NCBI GenBank assembly: GCA_964016885.1
Contig: CAXHJY010000351.1
Location: 8,994 to 72,993, forward strand
Source: Eledone cirrhosa
Taxonomy: Eukaryota
DNA length: 64,000 bases
Reading direction: 5' to 3'
This document shows, piece after piece, positions 15,171-28,390 of this stretch. The notes below the pieces were generated by a model. That model was not told the origin of the DNA. It saw only the letters and a program-made list of their open reading frames with translations, and ran no database searches. Numbering within the stretch: the first letter of the stretch is position 1; every line of letters starts with the position of its first letter. Position numbers and translations under genes: made by a program.

Positions 15171-15996
15171 ACTAGCAGATGTACCCGGCGTTGCTCAGGA
15201 AATGAATGACAGCCTGTTTGTCCGTATAGAGAGAAATGTAATTGTAAAAAACAGTTTAACAAAATGGGTGTACAGTGACATGATTGAGTGAAATAAACGG
15301 CAACATGGGGTAGCTTGAGTTAATTGATGTGAATGATTTCAGGTCCGGCCTTGCTGTAGTATGTATGAGTAAGGGGATAAAGATGGAATAGACGCACCGT
15401 ATGTCCTTCAGTAAACTAAACCCTATGTGTAAGATGGCGCTGCCACTACCACGTTGACCATCCACTGGACATAGAAATATCATTCCTTGGAGCAACTATC
15501 CCCCCCCCCCCCCCCCTCAACGCCTGAATACACGATGAGAATGAGCAAAAAGGTTAAGTTAATCAAAACGAAGACACTGTTGCCGAGAATGCTGGTGCAC
15601 GTTTTTCAGAGGCCATAGCGAGTCAAGCTGCTAGGTTAGGGGGCCATAGCGAGTCAAACTGCTAGGTTAGGGGGCCATAGCGAGTCAAACTGCTAGGTTA
15701 GGGGGCCATAGCGAGTCAAGCTGCTAGGTTAGGGGGCCATAGCGAGTCAAACTGCTAGGTTAGGGGGCCATAGCGAGTCAAACTGCTAGGTTAGGGGGCC
15801 ATAGCGAGTCAAACTGCTAGGTTAGGGGGCCATAGCGAGTCAAACTGCTAGGTTAGGGGGCCATAGCGAGTCAAGCATATAAACAACATGTGTGCCAAAT
15901 TTGGTTGAAATCGGCCTAGTACTTCAAAAGTTAAAAGGAGCCTAGTATTTGTATACAGACAGACAGACAGACACACACAGACCGACTTGCTTTTAT
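15171..15996 (+). mobile_element. Non-autonomous Helentron/HINE (Lep1/DINE-like) element
   Basis: Starts ACTAGCAGATGTACCCGGCGTTGCTCAGG and ends TGTGCCAAATTTGGTTGAAATCGG..(CAGA)n..CTTTTATATAT; has an internal tandem array. Confidence 0.65.
15611..15877. repeat. 31-bp minisatellite, about 8.5 copies
   Basis: Unit GGCCATAGCGAGTCAARCTGCTAGGTTAGGG starting at 15611, 15642, 15673 and so on. Confidence 0.95.
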
Positions 15997-16411
15997 ATAT
16001 ATATATATATAGGAACGAGTAGGACCCCGACGACTGAGCTCAAGCCGTTTCGACTCAGCCGTCGGGGTCCTACTCGTTCCTATTACCCACTCTACTACCC
16101 TAAGTATTGAGTACTTTGGTGCGTTATGGTCCACCTGGTTCCTGACAACATTTCCTTCGTTATATATATATATATAGTTAAAAGAATAGAGGTGTAACAC
16201 ACAAGTTATTATATATTGGTAAACGGAATAGAAAATGCTGACAAATTGTTCACAGTTGAAAAATGGTTTAATTAGGAATAAAAGAGTATTAGTGATTGTA
16301 TGGGTTAGTATTCAGTTGTGGTTTTAAGTTTTTAAGTTTTTACCGGTTGCGCATTTCTAAATGCCTTTCAAAAATAATTTTGAGATAGAGTGTCCGTGCT
16401 GTTTGCTCTGA

Positions 16412-16510
<99 letters not shown>

Positions 16511-16555
16511 CCAGCAGTCCAACATTACATAAACTAATATGCATCCACATGTGTG

Positions 16556-16602
<47 letters not shown>

Positions 16603-16925
16603 GTGTATATGTAATAGTGCATACATACAAGTTCATTAAATCAGGAAATGAAGCGAGAATCATAGAAAATGTTGATGTTAACAACTGACCAACAATCTCT
16701 ACAGTATTATATACAGTATCATATATACAGTATCATATATATATATATATATATACGACTATATAGTGTTATATGTCAGCACCTTGCTGTGATATCTTGG
16801 CACAGAGCCAGGCCATTCCAGAACCGACATTATACGTTCTGTTTATCAAGATGACCAATGCTGGAACACTGCCAAGTCTTCATTTCTAATGACAGAAATA
16901 CCATGACAGCACTTGTGTGTGTGTG

Positions 16926-17043
<118 letters not shown>

Positions 17044-17199
17044 GAAATCTTAGTTAAAATTACTAAGATCAAATTTAAATGACTATTTCATGCATATTCA
17101 ATAAAGTTAATCTGGAGGAACTATATATATACTGTATATATTTATACACACACACACACAAATATATATACACAAACACACACACACCCTCTCTCTCTC

Positions 17200-17311
<112 letters not shown>

Positions 17312-17709
17312 GAGCTCTGTTGAAGTTTTTCAGTCAATCACAAGTATGGAGATTTTGCATATATAAGTAACATTCATATATATATATACAGATATATATA
17401 TATATATAGAGAGAGAGAGGGGGGGGGGGTAGATAGATAGAGAGAGTGAGAGTGAGAGAGTGAAAGAGAGAGAGCGTGAGAGAGAGGGAGAGATAGAGAG
17501 AGAGAGTGAAAGAGAGAGAGAGAGTGAAATAGAGAGAGCGTGAGAGAGAGTGAAAGAGAGAGAGAGTGAAAGAGAGAGTGATAGAGAGAGAGATATAGAC
17601 ATAAATGACATGAAAAACATCTCTAAACCTGACCTCTATTAAGACCCACTTTAGACCCAAATATATTAAATTTATGTATCTAGGTCATGCACAGAAAAAT
17701 ACACACACT

Positions 17710-17744
<35 letters not shown>

Positions 17745-17926
17745 GCGTCAAACACACACACACAGACACACAAACAGTCACACATACTCACACACAAACA
17801 CATACACAAACAAACCAACACATACATAGAGAGGTTGTAACAAGAAAACGCCATCATATATTCCGTGTTAAAAAATGTAGCCATATATATTCCAAGCTAT
17901 TTCAATACCAAACAAACACTTTTCGT

Positions 17927-17959
<33 letters not shown>

Positions 17960-18154
17960 CTCTTCCCCCCTCTCTCTCTCTCTCCCTCTCTTATTCTGGC
18001 CATAATAAATGTCAAAGACAATGATTGGAACTGGTGGATGTATGGCAGTAGAAATCTACTCGTATATTCATATACATATATAATACATGCACACATACAC
18101 ATACACTCACACATGCATATATATATAAGACACACACGCACACATTGTATATAT

Positions 18155-18193
<39 letters not shown>

Positions 18194-18353
18194 CAATGTA
18201 TACACAGAGTTGTTTTGGTAAAATACAGGAGTAAGCAGGAGAAAGCTCTCTACATTCGTAATGTGTAGTTACCATAGAGATTCAGTAAAAGAACAACATT
18301 AAAAAAAAAATCCTGATATTACATAAATGGTCTAATCATTATAATTATTTCAA

Positions 18354-18584
<231 letters not shown>

Positions 18585-18709
18585 TTATATATATACACAT
18601 ACATATATATATATATATTTCTCTCTCTCTCTCTCTATATATATATACTTGGACAGCCAGCTTCCTGATGATTTCTCACGAATGAAGCAGTTCTAGTCCT
18701 GTAGAAGCT

Positions 18710-18775
<66 letters not shown>

Positions 18776-19052
18776 AAAGTTAAACAGAAATAAGAAGAAC
18801 AAAAGGCACAGTACATGAAATAAATATATTAGTTTAACGCTTGAAATAGCAGGAAGAGAGTCTTAACGTGTCGGACATTTGTTCTTCATCAGAAGTTAGA
18901 ATGAGAAATAAAAGATGAGAAGAAGAAGGAACAGTCCTTCAGGTTTTCTAAGGTCTTTAATAAGAATTTGAGAGGTTGGGCCGCCAACCAGGTCTCTGTG
19001 ATACCCTTAAAGCAGAAACATTTCAGCACCCCCTCGTATATACATATATATG

Positions 19053-19111
<59 letters not shown>

Positions 19112-19299
19112 CTACTCCAGAGAAGACCCGCCTTACCTAAATATATAGTAAAACCTACTCCAGCTAGTAGGCATCTCTAACAAAATACACCCCGTCCCAC
19201 CACCCCCACCCCATCCACACCACCCCGTTCTATGTAAAGTTATGTTGGTACCACAACATCCAGGCCGAAACAAATGAGATCGTGTAGGTGTCACGACAA

Positions 19300-19532
19300 A
19301 AAAACACACAGTCCACGCTGTAATGTGGCCGTGTAGGCAACACGGTAAAAACCTCCCAGACCCACACTGTAAATGTGGTTGGTGTTAGGAAGGGCATCCA
19401 ACTGTAGAAAACCTGCCAGACAGTCCTATGCGAGCAAGACAATCACTCTTGCCTCAAGTGGGACTACCCCCGTCCAAACCCATGCAAGCGTGGAACACGG
19501 ACGTTAAACGTTGATGATGATGATGATGATGA
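19300..19532 (+). mobile_element. SINE 3' portion with (GAT)n tail
   Basis: GGTGTTAGGAAGGGCATCCA..CGGACGTTAAACGTTGATGATGAT. Confidence 0.6.
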
Positions 19533-19577
19533 TATATATATATATATAAATATTTTAATTTCATGAATCTCACTATT

Positions 19578-19611
<34 letters not shown>

Positions 19612-19629
19612 CATACGCACACACATATA

Positions 19630-19686
<57 letters not shown>

Positions 19687-20181
19687 TCTTTGGTGCTTCT
19701 CAATGAAACGTGACATTTCATTTGGTACAAAAAACCCACTGTCATCACCAGACGGCGTTAGTGTGCTCACACAGGGGAAAAAAAACACTAAAATAGCTAA
19801 ACCCATTTAACTGGGCCGTCTCCCAACACTACACCACCAAACGAGGCTGTCACCACTCCAACCCACCACCCTAAACTAGGCCCTCACGCCACCACCAACA
19901 CCACTCGTCCTCCCTCATATCTAATTATGCTAATGTATTCATGTGTAAAATAAAATATATCTGTTTGACCTTTGTTGCCTGTCAGCAGGATTACTTCCGG
20001 TTATTGTAGTGCAAGCACCCCTACACCCCCGCTGACACCGCCATCTTCATCACCATCACTATCATCAACATTATAATCTTCACCATCCTTATGATGATGA
20101 TGATGATCATCATCATCATCATCATAAACCTCACCAATATGATACTCACCTCCAAATTTTAAGACCACCACCACCACCACG

Positions 20182-20216
<35 letters not shown>

Positions 20217-20517
20217 CATCACCATCATCCCTATCATCTGCCTCAACAATTTATTCCACCGCCACCACTACCACCACCACCACCACCACCGCAATATCAT
20301 CCCCCACTGCCACTGTTGTTATTAACGTCATCATCATCATCATCACCACCATCTTTACCACCCCTCTCTTACTCTCTACACCGCTACCATCACTCTTGCC
20401 GTCACCCTCAATACCATCACTATCATCATTAGTATTGTTACCCTCCTACCGCCATCCCTAGTGCCACCACCACATATATTACTACTATGCCACCACCACC
20501 ACCACCACTACAACAAA

Positions 20518-20570
<53 letters not shown>

Positions 20571-20819
20571 ATCAGATTATATTACCATTCTATTATCTAT
20601 AAATAAACATTCCTGTAATGTCCTCTCGATTAGGATTACCACCGTCTTCAACGTGGAGGAATCCATCCTTCCGGTGTAGGCCACCACACAGGCGAATTCT
20701 TCCTCCTCCCCCTCCTCAGAGAGATAGGTAGAGAGAGAGAGGGGGGAGAGAGAGGAAAGACAAAAAATGAGAAAGAGAGAGAGAGAGAATGATTGAGGGA
20801 GAAGGAATGAAAGAGCAGG

Positions 20820-20854
<35 letters not shown>

Positions 20855-21010
20855 TGAGAGGGAGAGAAGGAGAGTTAAGAAGTAGTTTATAGATATGTAT
20901 ACAAACATCCATTCAAATATTAAAACACAGCCGAAGGAAGGGGAGATAAGCGAGGCTGGTAAATACAGCAATGGCGAAGATAGATTGTGTCTTCTACTAC
21001 AACATGAAGT

Positions 21011-21028
21011 ATTAATGACCTCTGAACC
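21011..21028 (-). promoter_or_regulatory. Candidate nuclear-receptor DR1 element overlapping a homeodomain site
   Basis: TGACCT-C-TGAACC (minus GGTTCA-G-AGGTCA) at 21016-21028, preceded by ATTAAT; motif match only. Confidence 0.3.
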
Positions 21029-21212
21029 TATATAACCTCTGCACTGTTCCACTGACCTGGCACAAATTAACACCGTTTCTTTAGTGGCTCTAACGATTGT
21101 AATACATCATTTAGGGGACTTCTTTAAGAACATATAGCTGAGTAAAAGTAATACGCAGAGTAGCTTTATCTATCTAGGTATATGAACGTTTGCTCGTGTA
21201 AAAACATACACT

Positions 21213-21319
<107 letters not shown>

Positions 21320-21706
21320 GGGTAAGAGGAGGAAGGAAGCAAATGGGAAGATTTAAAGAGAAAGTAAGGATTCTAGAGAGATAGAGGGCAGAAGATGAGT
21401 CTGTTGTGTTTGTGAATTTTCGGTGATTATATATATATATATATATAAATTTATCCCGGGTTCAATGGAGGGTAACCACAGTAAGTAAGGTACTCAATAC
21501 ATAGCAGAGTATAAATATCTAGAACTGTTTCATTCAGGAGAAATCATCAGGAAGCCGGCTGTCCAAGTAATATGGTGGTATTTCGAGGTCGAGTTTGGTC
21601 AGCATGGTCTCTTGGTGATGGTTAAGAGGGGTACAAAGAATGCTTAAAGATAAGTTTATCCCGGGTTCAATCGGGGGTAATCACATATCATGTTTAATAT
21701 AGAAAT

Positions 21707-21757
21707 GACTTCTACAGGACTAGAACTGTTTCATTCAAAATAAATCATCAGGAAATC
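21707..21757 (-). ncRNA. Type-I hammerhead ribozyme motif (family C)
   Basis: GATTTC-CTGATGA-(weak stem II)-GAA-ACAG ttctagtc CTGT-A^GAAGTC. Related copies at 4635-4686 (-, perfect ATTC/GAAT stem II but GAGAC) and 18659-18709 (+, GAAGC). Confidence 0.7.
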
Positions 21758-22033
21758 CGGCGACTGACTTTGAAAGATTGTTGTATTTATATGTTTTCTG
21801 TTGGTTCGGGGCAGGTGGTGATTTGGGATATGGGTGGAGGTCATTGGCCAAGGGATTTTATATAAAATAATACAATAATATGGAAAATCAAACAAATGAA
21901 ACCAAACAGCAATGGCGCCTATGTATGGGATCTCAAGAAGAACCCAGAACTCCAGACCACATGATAACGTAGTGAGCTTTGTAATATTTTAGCTATGCCC
22001 ACCTGTTCCGCCATCCGAATATATATATATATA

Positions 22034-22075
<42 letters not shown>

Positions 22076-22094
22076 GGTGTGTGTGTGTGTGTGT

Positions 22095-22212
22095 CTGATG
22101 GAGAACTAGCGTCCGAAACGTCAAGACCCTCTTCCTGTTATTTCAAACGTTAACCTAATATATTCCTTCCATATACTCTACCGATTGTGTTGTTATTTCT
22201 GTTTACCTTTTA
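22095..22212 (+). mobile_element. Penelope-like pseudo-LTR, family B (copies about 10198-10243, 14925-15025, 18772-18895 -, 43703-43830 -, 51410-51490, 63498-63580 -)
   Basis: Hammerhead followed by AAGACCCTCTTCCTGCTATTTCAAGCGTTAAACTAATATATT..TTATTTCTGTTTACCTTTTA, usually running into (CA)n. Confidence 0.68.
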
Positions 22213-22230
22213 CACACACACACACACATA

Positions 22231-22366
<136 letters not shown>

Positions 22367-22673
22367 CGTGCGTCTTGTAAAGAGAAAGATAGATAAATAA
22401 ATAGATAGATAGATAAATAGATTGGTAGGTAGATAGATAGATAGATTGGTAGATAGGGAGATAGAGAGGGTGAGGGTTGTAACACCTATGAATAACAAAC
22501 TTTCGAAAGCAGAAATGTCCCAAATTCTCGAACCGCCCAAATTGTTCTATTTTAAAGAAACATTTTTTGATGACACTTTGTGACATTCAACAGAATAGAT
22601 GCACCATGGGAAAACGTTCCTCTTTACTCTTCCACACATGCCCGTTTATATTTAACCCTCTTACAGACATCCA

Positions 22674-22726
<53 letters not shown>

Positions 22727-22729
22727 GTG

Positions 22730-23310
22730 GGGCTATGTAGAACGACTATTGCCGTGGGTGGGACCAATCCGGTTGACCACCGAGTCCATTGTCATGCTCA
22801 AACCCCCACCCACCTTCAAAAACGAAGGAGAGGCGGTTTTCCTTTGTGTGATAGCTATGGCGAAAGACGTTGTATGGTGGACAAGGTTGAAAGGGCTGAG
22901 GTCAGACACCTTTCTCTCCGGCCAACAACTGATTCTTTTTTTCAAATACCACTTTGGAAGAAGAATCAGGATGGAGAGAGAGGTGCTGTACCCCAGCAAG
23001 TTTTATGAAAGGTGGGTGAAAGTGGCGAGAATGGCCCGAGTGAATGGGCCTTCTCTCTATATCAGCCTGTAGGTTGAGGAAAAGGAGGAGGAGAGGAAAG
23101 GAGTACAAGCTCTTCGTACTCCTGGAGATGAGGGTTGCACATTTTTTTCGGGGGTCTGTGTTACCCATATAAACTGTCTCCCTCTATTGGGGAAAATCGA
23201 CTAACTTTTAAATTCCATCTGTGATAACATTTTACACGTTTTTATTGTATGTAAACTTCCCCCTTTGTATTTGTCCCCTTCTTTTGTGCCCCTGTGGCTA
23301 ATAAAGAAAT
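22730..23310 (+). mobile_element. L1/Tx1-like LINE 3' end (ORF2 tail, 3' UTR, AATAAA); shorter second copy about 23360-23610
   Basis: ..AKDVVWWTRLKG..FFKYHFGRRIRMERE..ERWVKVARMARVNG is duplicated; ends CTGTGGCTAATAAAGAAA; embedded in (TCTA)n. Similar 3' tails at about 3520-3645 and 5215-5230. Clade call is by resemblance. Confidence 0.55.
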
Positions 23311-23311
23311 A

Positions 23312-23359
<48 letters not shown>

Positions 23360-24801
23360 GTTAAGTACCACTTCAGAAGGAAGGTGAGAGTGGAGAGAGA
23401 GGTGCTACGCTCCAGTAAATACGCTGAAAGGTGGGTGGATGTGGCGAAAATGGCCCGAGTGAATGGGCCTTTTCTGTTTATAAACCTGTAGGTTGAAGAA
23501 GACGGGAACACCTACAAAACGTGTTCCTGGTGTTGAGGGTTTTTCTATCCACGGGGTGTAAAACAACCCTGCAGTAAGGTTCCCCCTATTGGGGATTTCG
23601 ATTGTTTTATTTTATATATAGTTTATTGTTATTCATTATTGTTAAAGATTTTATGTAAAACGCTATCTATCTATCCACGTGTATTTGTGGGTATTGTGAT
23701 TAACCTACTAAGCATGTACTGAATCAAGGATTCATATTGTGTATAGAATCCGTATAATAATTGTTATTACGGATGTGTGTTTACTTCAAAGTTTCGCCAA
23801 TGTCTTTGTTTTATAGATATTATATTGATACGCCAATAAATTCTGTTATACTGTAGGAAACAGTCATTATCAATAACACAGACAGACACACATACACACA
23901 GACATACATATATATAGTTCAAGGTGATAACACAGAGGTACAAAAAGTCTTATTAGTTCCATGCTATATATGGAAAAGGAGAAAGAAAGATCGACGTGTC
24001 GGATTTAAGTCCTTCTTCAGGAGTACAAAATAGAGACAGGATTACAAAAGTGAAATAGAAATAAAGGAATAAAGGAGGCCCTCCCAACAATATATATATA
24101 TATATTTATATGAAAACTTGAAGATTTAAACTTGAAATATTTTTCACTAAAATCACACTCTTGAAGAAGCATTCTGAGCGCTTTTCCTCACATTTACATA
24201 AGTTTTTTACCACATATAAACACGTTAAACCAATTAACGACCCTGTGTGTTAACGGGTAAGCATATTTGACTATGGCATTCTTTAGTTACACACACATAC
24301 ACACAGGTTTCAACACATATACAATCATAGGAACAGTCCCTCACATCCGAACAGTCATACAAACCTACACACGTACACGCCATTCCCAAAACAAGACCTG
24401 TCAATGCAAAAAAGATTTATTAAAAATCTGAAATTAGCTTTATAATATTTTGGTATGAGATTTACTTAATTATGCTTCAATTAAGAGTAATTAGATGGAT
24501 ATTACGGCTTTATAGGGACATAGAGGGGTAGAAGTGGTGTTGGATTATATATGGGTTGTTGTATATTGGTGTTAAGATGTAAATGGTGTATTTAGGGCAC
24601 TTATGGCGCTTCTGTTTAAGTTACTGGTATCGTTTATAATGTAGTTACAACCTCAGATTTAGGTTTTGTGTTTTGTTTAGGATACTGTTACAAATATTGA
24701 TGTTGATCTTGTTGTTGATATTTAATTCTAGAGCAACCACGTTTCGGTTAGAACTATGACCAAATGTGTTACAGCCGAAACCGTCTTATCGTCTCCCCTA
24801 C

Positions 24802-24889
<88 letters not shown>

Positions 24890-25237
24890 CACACATGTTT
24901 GTATGTATGTATATTACATATGATTATATAATGAAGAAATTGCTTCTACAGGATGAGAACTATTTCATTCTACAGGACATGAAGCAGCTCTAGTCATGTA
25001 GAAGCAATCTCTTTATTATTACTAGTGTTATAAATCACCGAAACGCTGGGTGATTCGAAATTTGAAAACGTGAGTGACCCAAAGACAGAAAATAACTGTA
25101 ACAACAATAGATCGTTATGTATAATAGCTTAAATATCGGGTAAAATACCCCTGGAAACGGAAGAAAGTGGCCAGTGTATTATAATGGACGTAGGGGGTGA
25201 TTGATTATGTTAACATACAAAGAAATGGTTCACTTAC

Positions 25238-25279
25238 GTGGATGCTGTCGAGGTAATACGTCCCTAGAGGAATTCAGAC
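25238..25279 (-). CDS. Hox3: Candidate 42-nt phase 1-1 microexon of Hox3 (linker upstream of the homeodomain), encoding LNSSRDVLPRQHP
   Basis: Minus strand: long U-rich tract ...ttttcttatttttctttcttcatcatcAG|GTCTGAATTC...CAGCATCCAC|GTAAGTG. Length is divisible by 3, and only the phase-1 frame (the one the homeobox exon needs) lacks a stop. Confidence 0.65.
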
Positions 25280-25939
25280 CTGATGATGAAGAAAGAAAAA
25301 TAAGAAAATAAATACAATATAACAAATAAAAGGATTCATTCATAAATATGACCGAATAAGGGTTACGAAATTATACATATATAATAGACATATATAAACA
25401 CTGAAAGACATTACTGACATATAGACATATATACATATGATTTCCAATTTAGGCAATGGGGGGGGGGGGGGGGGTACAAGTCAATTACATCATCTCCAGT
25501 ACATGACTGCTACTTCATTTTATCGATCTCTGAAGGATGAAGGGCAAAGTTGATCTGGACCTAGAGGTCTTAGTAGTTCACAAGCGAGGAAGAACTCAAT
25601 ACATATAACAAAGTAAATATATATAATTATTTATTCGGTTTGTTTAGAAGTAAACACCCTCATAAAAGACGGCTGTTTACTTATTGGTAAAGGGTCGGAC
25701 GCTATGCTTTGTAGCATAGAGTTACGGCCCTTTATGGTCTGAGTTCAAATCCCACCAACGTTAACTTTGCCTTTCATCCTTATGGGGTCAATAAAATAAA
25801 GTACCAGTAATACACTGGGATAATTCCTGGCCTTGTGCAATTATTATAATATTATTATTTTCTCACAAATATATTTAGGTATCCACTACGTTAAGAGCGA
25901 AAACAAATTTTGTTTTTTATTTATACATTTCCTTACACT

Positions 25940-26706
25940 ATATCTATCCCTTATATTGCTACCATAGAAGTTTGGACTACATCTATCCCTTATATTGCTA
26001 CCATAGAAGTTTGGACTACATCTATCCCTTATATTGCTACCATAGAAGTTTGGACTACATCTATCCCTTATATTGCTACCATAGAAGTTTGCACTACATC
26101 TATCCCTTATATTGCTACCATAGAAGTTTGGACTACATCTATCCCTTATATTGCTACCATAGAAGTTTGGACTACATCTATCCCTTATATTGCTACCATA
26201 GAAGTTTGGACTACATCTATCCCTTATATTGCTACCATAGAAGTTTGCACTACATCTATCCCTTATATTGCTACCATAGAAGTTTGGACTACATCTATCC
26301 CTTATATTGCTACCATAGAAGTTTGGACTACATCTATCCCTTATATTGCTACCATAGAAGTTTGGACTACATCTATCCCTTATATTGCTACCATAGAAGT
26401 TTGCACTACATCTATCCCTTATATTGCTACCATAGAAGTTTGCACTACATCTATCCCTTATATTGCTACCATAGAAGTTTGGACTACATCTATCCCTTAT
26501 ATTGCTACCATAGAAGTTTGGACTACATCTATCCCTTATATTGCTACCATAGAAGTTTGGACTACATCTATCCCTTATATTGCTACCATAGAAGTTTGGA
26601 CTACATCTATCCCTTATATTGCTACCATAGAAGTTTGGACTACATCTATCCCTTATATTGCTACCATAGAAGTTTGGACTACATCTATCCCTTATATTGC
26701 TACCAT
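25940..26706. repeat. 39-bp minisatellite, about 19.5 near-identical copies
   Basis: Unit ACATCTATCCCTTATATTGCTACCATAGAAGTTTG(G/C)ACT. Confidence 0.97.
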
Positions 26707-27255
26707 ACAAGTTCCTGGGTTCTAATCCTACATTTGTCCCTGTAAATATCATAGTTATTTCTCTAGAGATACTAATATATTTAATACTGTATATCATTTC
26801 TACACATATGCTGAACATTTATATAATTATATCCTAGAAATATATTATCAAATTATCATTCTTATCTTTAATAACTTCCACATGTCACTAGTCAACATAA
26901 ACTATAGGGTTCCTTTTCCGCAAACAATTAATTTGTCAAAACACTATTTTCCAGTTTGTTGATTGTTTAAATACCCAGTAATCCTGGTACATATGACCTA
27001 CCAATACTGAGCTCCAAAAATTCAATAGTTTAATATTAGTGTCGCCATTATTGTCGACACTAGTGCAATATTATGAAAGACATATTTCAATTATTTAGCC
27101 CGTCGTTGCCGTTTATCAGAAAGGCAGGCTTTATTGAGCAACCCTATAATTAGATTTGAGCAGCCTTATGACTAGGTGGCGAATTGGCAGAGTCGTTAGA
27201 ACGTCGGATAGAATATTTTATGGTATTAGTTGCGGCTCTCTGCCCTCTGAACTCA

Positions 27256-27540
27256 GAGCTGTACGGGAGCCTCCCAAAAGTCAGCTCAAGAGTAACACAG
27301 AGGAGACTGAGGTTAGCTGGACATGCTCACCGACATCCAGAGTTGACACTCCACTCAGTGCTCCTGTGGCAGCCGCTACATGGACACACTGGAAGCGGAA
27401 GACCAAGGTTAATGTATGTTGATGCCCTAAGGACAGACACTGGTCTCATGGAGACGCAGGACATGGCAGCGATAACGAGGGACAGAGACCGCTGGAGAGA
27501 ACTCGTCCATGGATCTCGAGAATCTTACCCGCCCTAGACA
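27256..27540 (+). mobile_element. RTE-like LINE 3' fragment
   Basis: ELYGSLPKVSSRVTQRRLRLAGHAHRH..LLWQP..GRPRLMYVDAL..DRDRWRELV, typical post-RT region. Confidence 0.8.
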
Positions 27541-28251
27541 TAGACAAGGTCGATAAAAAAAGTAGCAGTCTAGTCCTGGGCTGGATTCTTCTCCTATATC
27601 TCTTTCTCATTTCCTCTCTCTCACTTTCTATCTTTCTCCGGAAGAAATTTGCTGTACTCAGGCCTGGAGTGGGATGGGCTCCGCCAAACTTAAAAGGGCC
27701 AAGAAACACCGTTTGTCAATACGGTGCCCCTACGACTCTATAAGGAGTTACGGGACCATACTTGATTAAATATATTCGTCAAATGAGGACCATATCGTCT
27801 TTTATACAAACAACTTTACTCGTGTCACAATTATCCAATGTATCTCTTCATAAAATAATGAACGAGGCGATTTGAAGAATGGGGTGCTATTTCTAGCGTT
27901 CTAAAATACTCATTAGCTTGAGATGGTTGATACTTTGGACAAGATTCGAAAAACTTCCGGTTTTACAAGAGGGTGGTGCGGGGTGGCGGGGGTGGGTGGG
28001 TGGGGGGGGGGTGTACCATTTTGATATCATTGTAATTCTCTACCACAATACCAGCTGGTTTACATTTGTACAGACCGAGAGAAAGTACATTTATGACTGG
28101 CGGATGTACTTGACATATTCACTACATATGAATATGTATGTATGTACGTGGAACTATGTATGTATGTATATATATATATATGTATATATATATATACATA
28201 TATGTATGTACGTGTATATATATATATATATATATACATATATGTATGTAC

Positions 28252-28298
<47 letters not shown>

Positions 28299-28307
28299 TG
28301 TATGTAC

Positions 28308-28390
<83 letters not shown>

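Noticed and set aside
15611-15877. Interstitial telomere
   Set aside because: TTAGGG occurs once per 31-bp unit, not as a tandem hexamer.
25886-26818. 310-aa ORF of CSPNFYGSNIRDR repeats (EGF-like look) or a CRISPR-like array
   Set aside because: Pure 39-bp tandem repeat with no spacers and almost no synonymous divergence; one Cys per unit; eukaryotic context.
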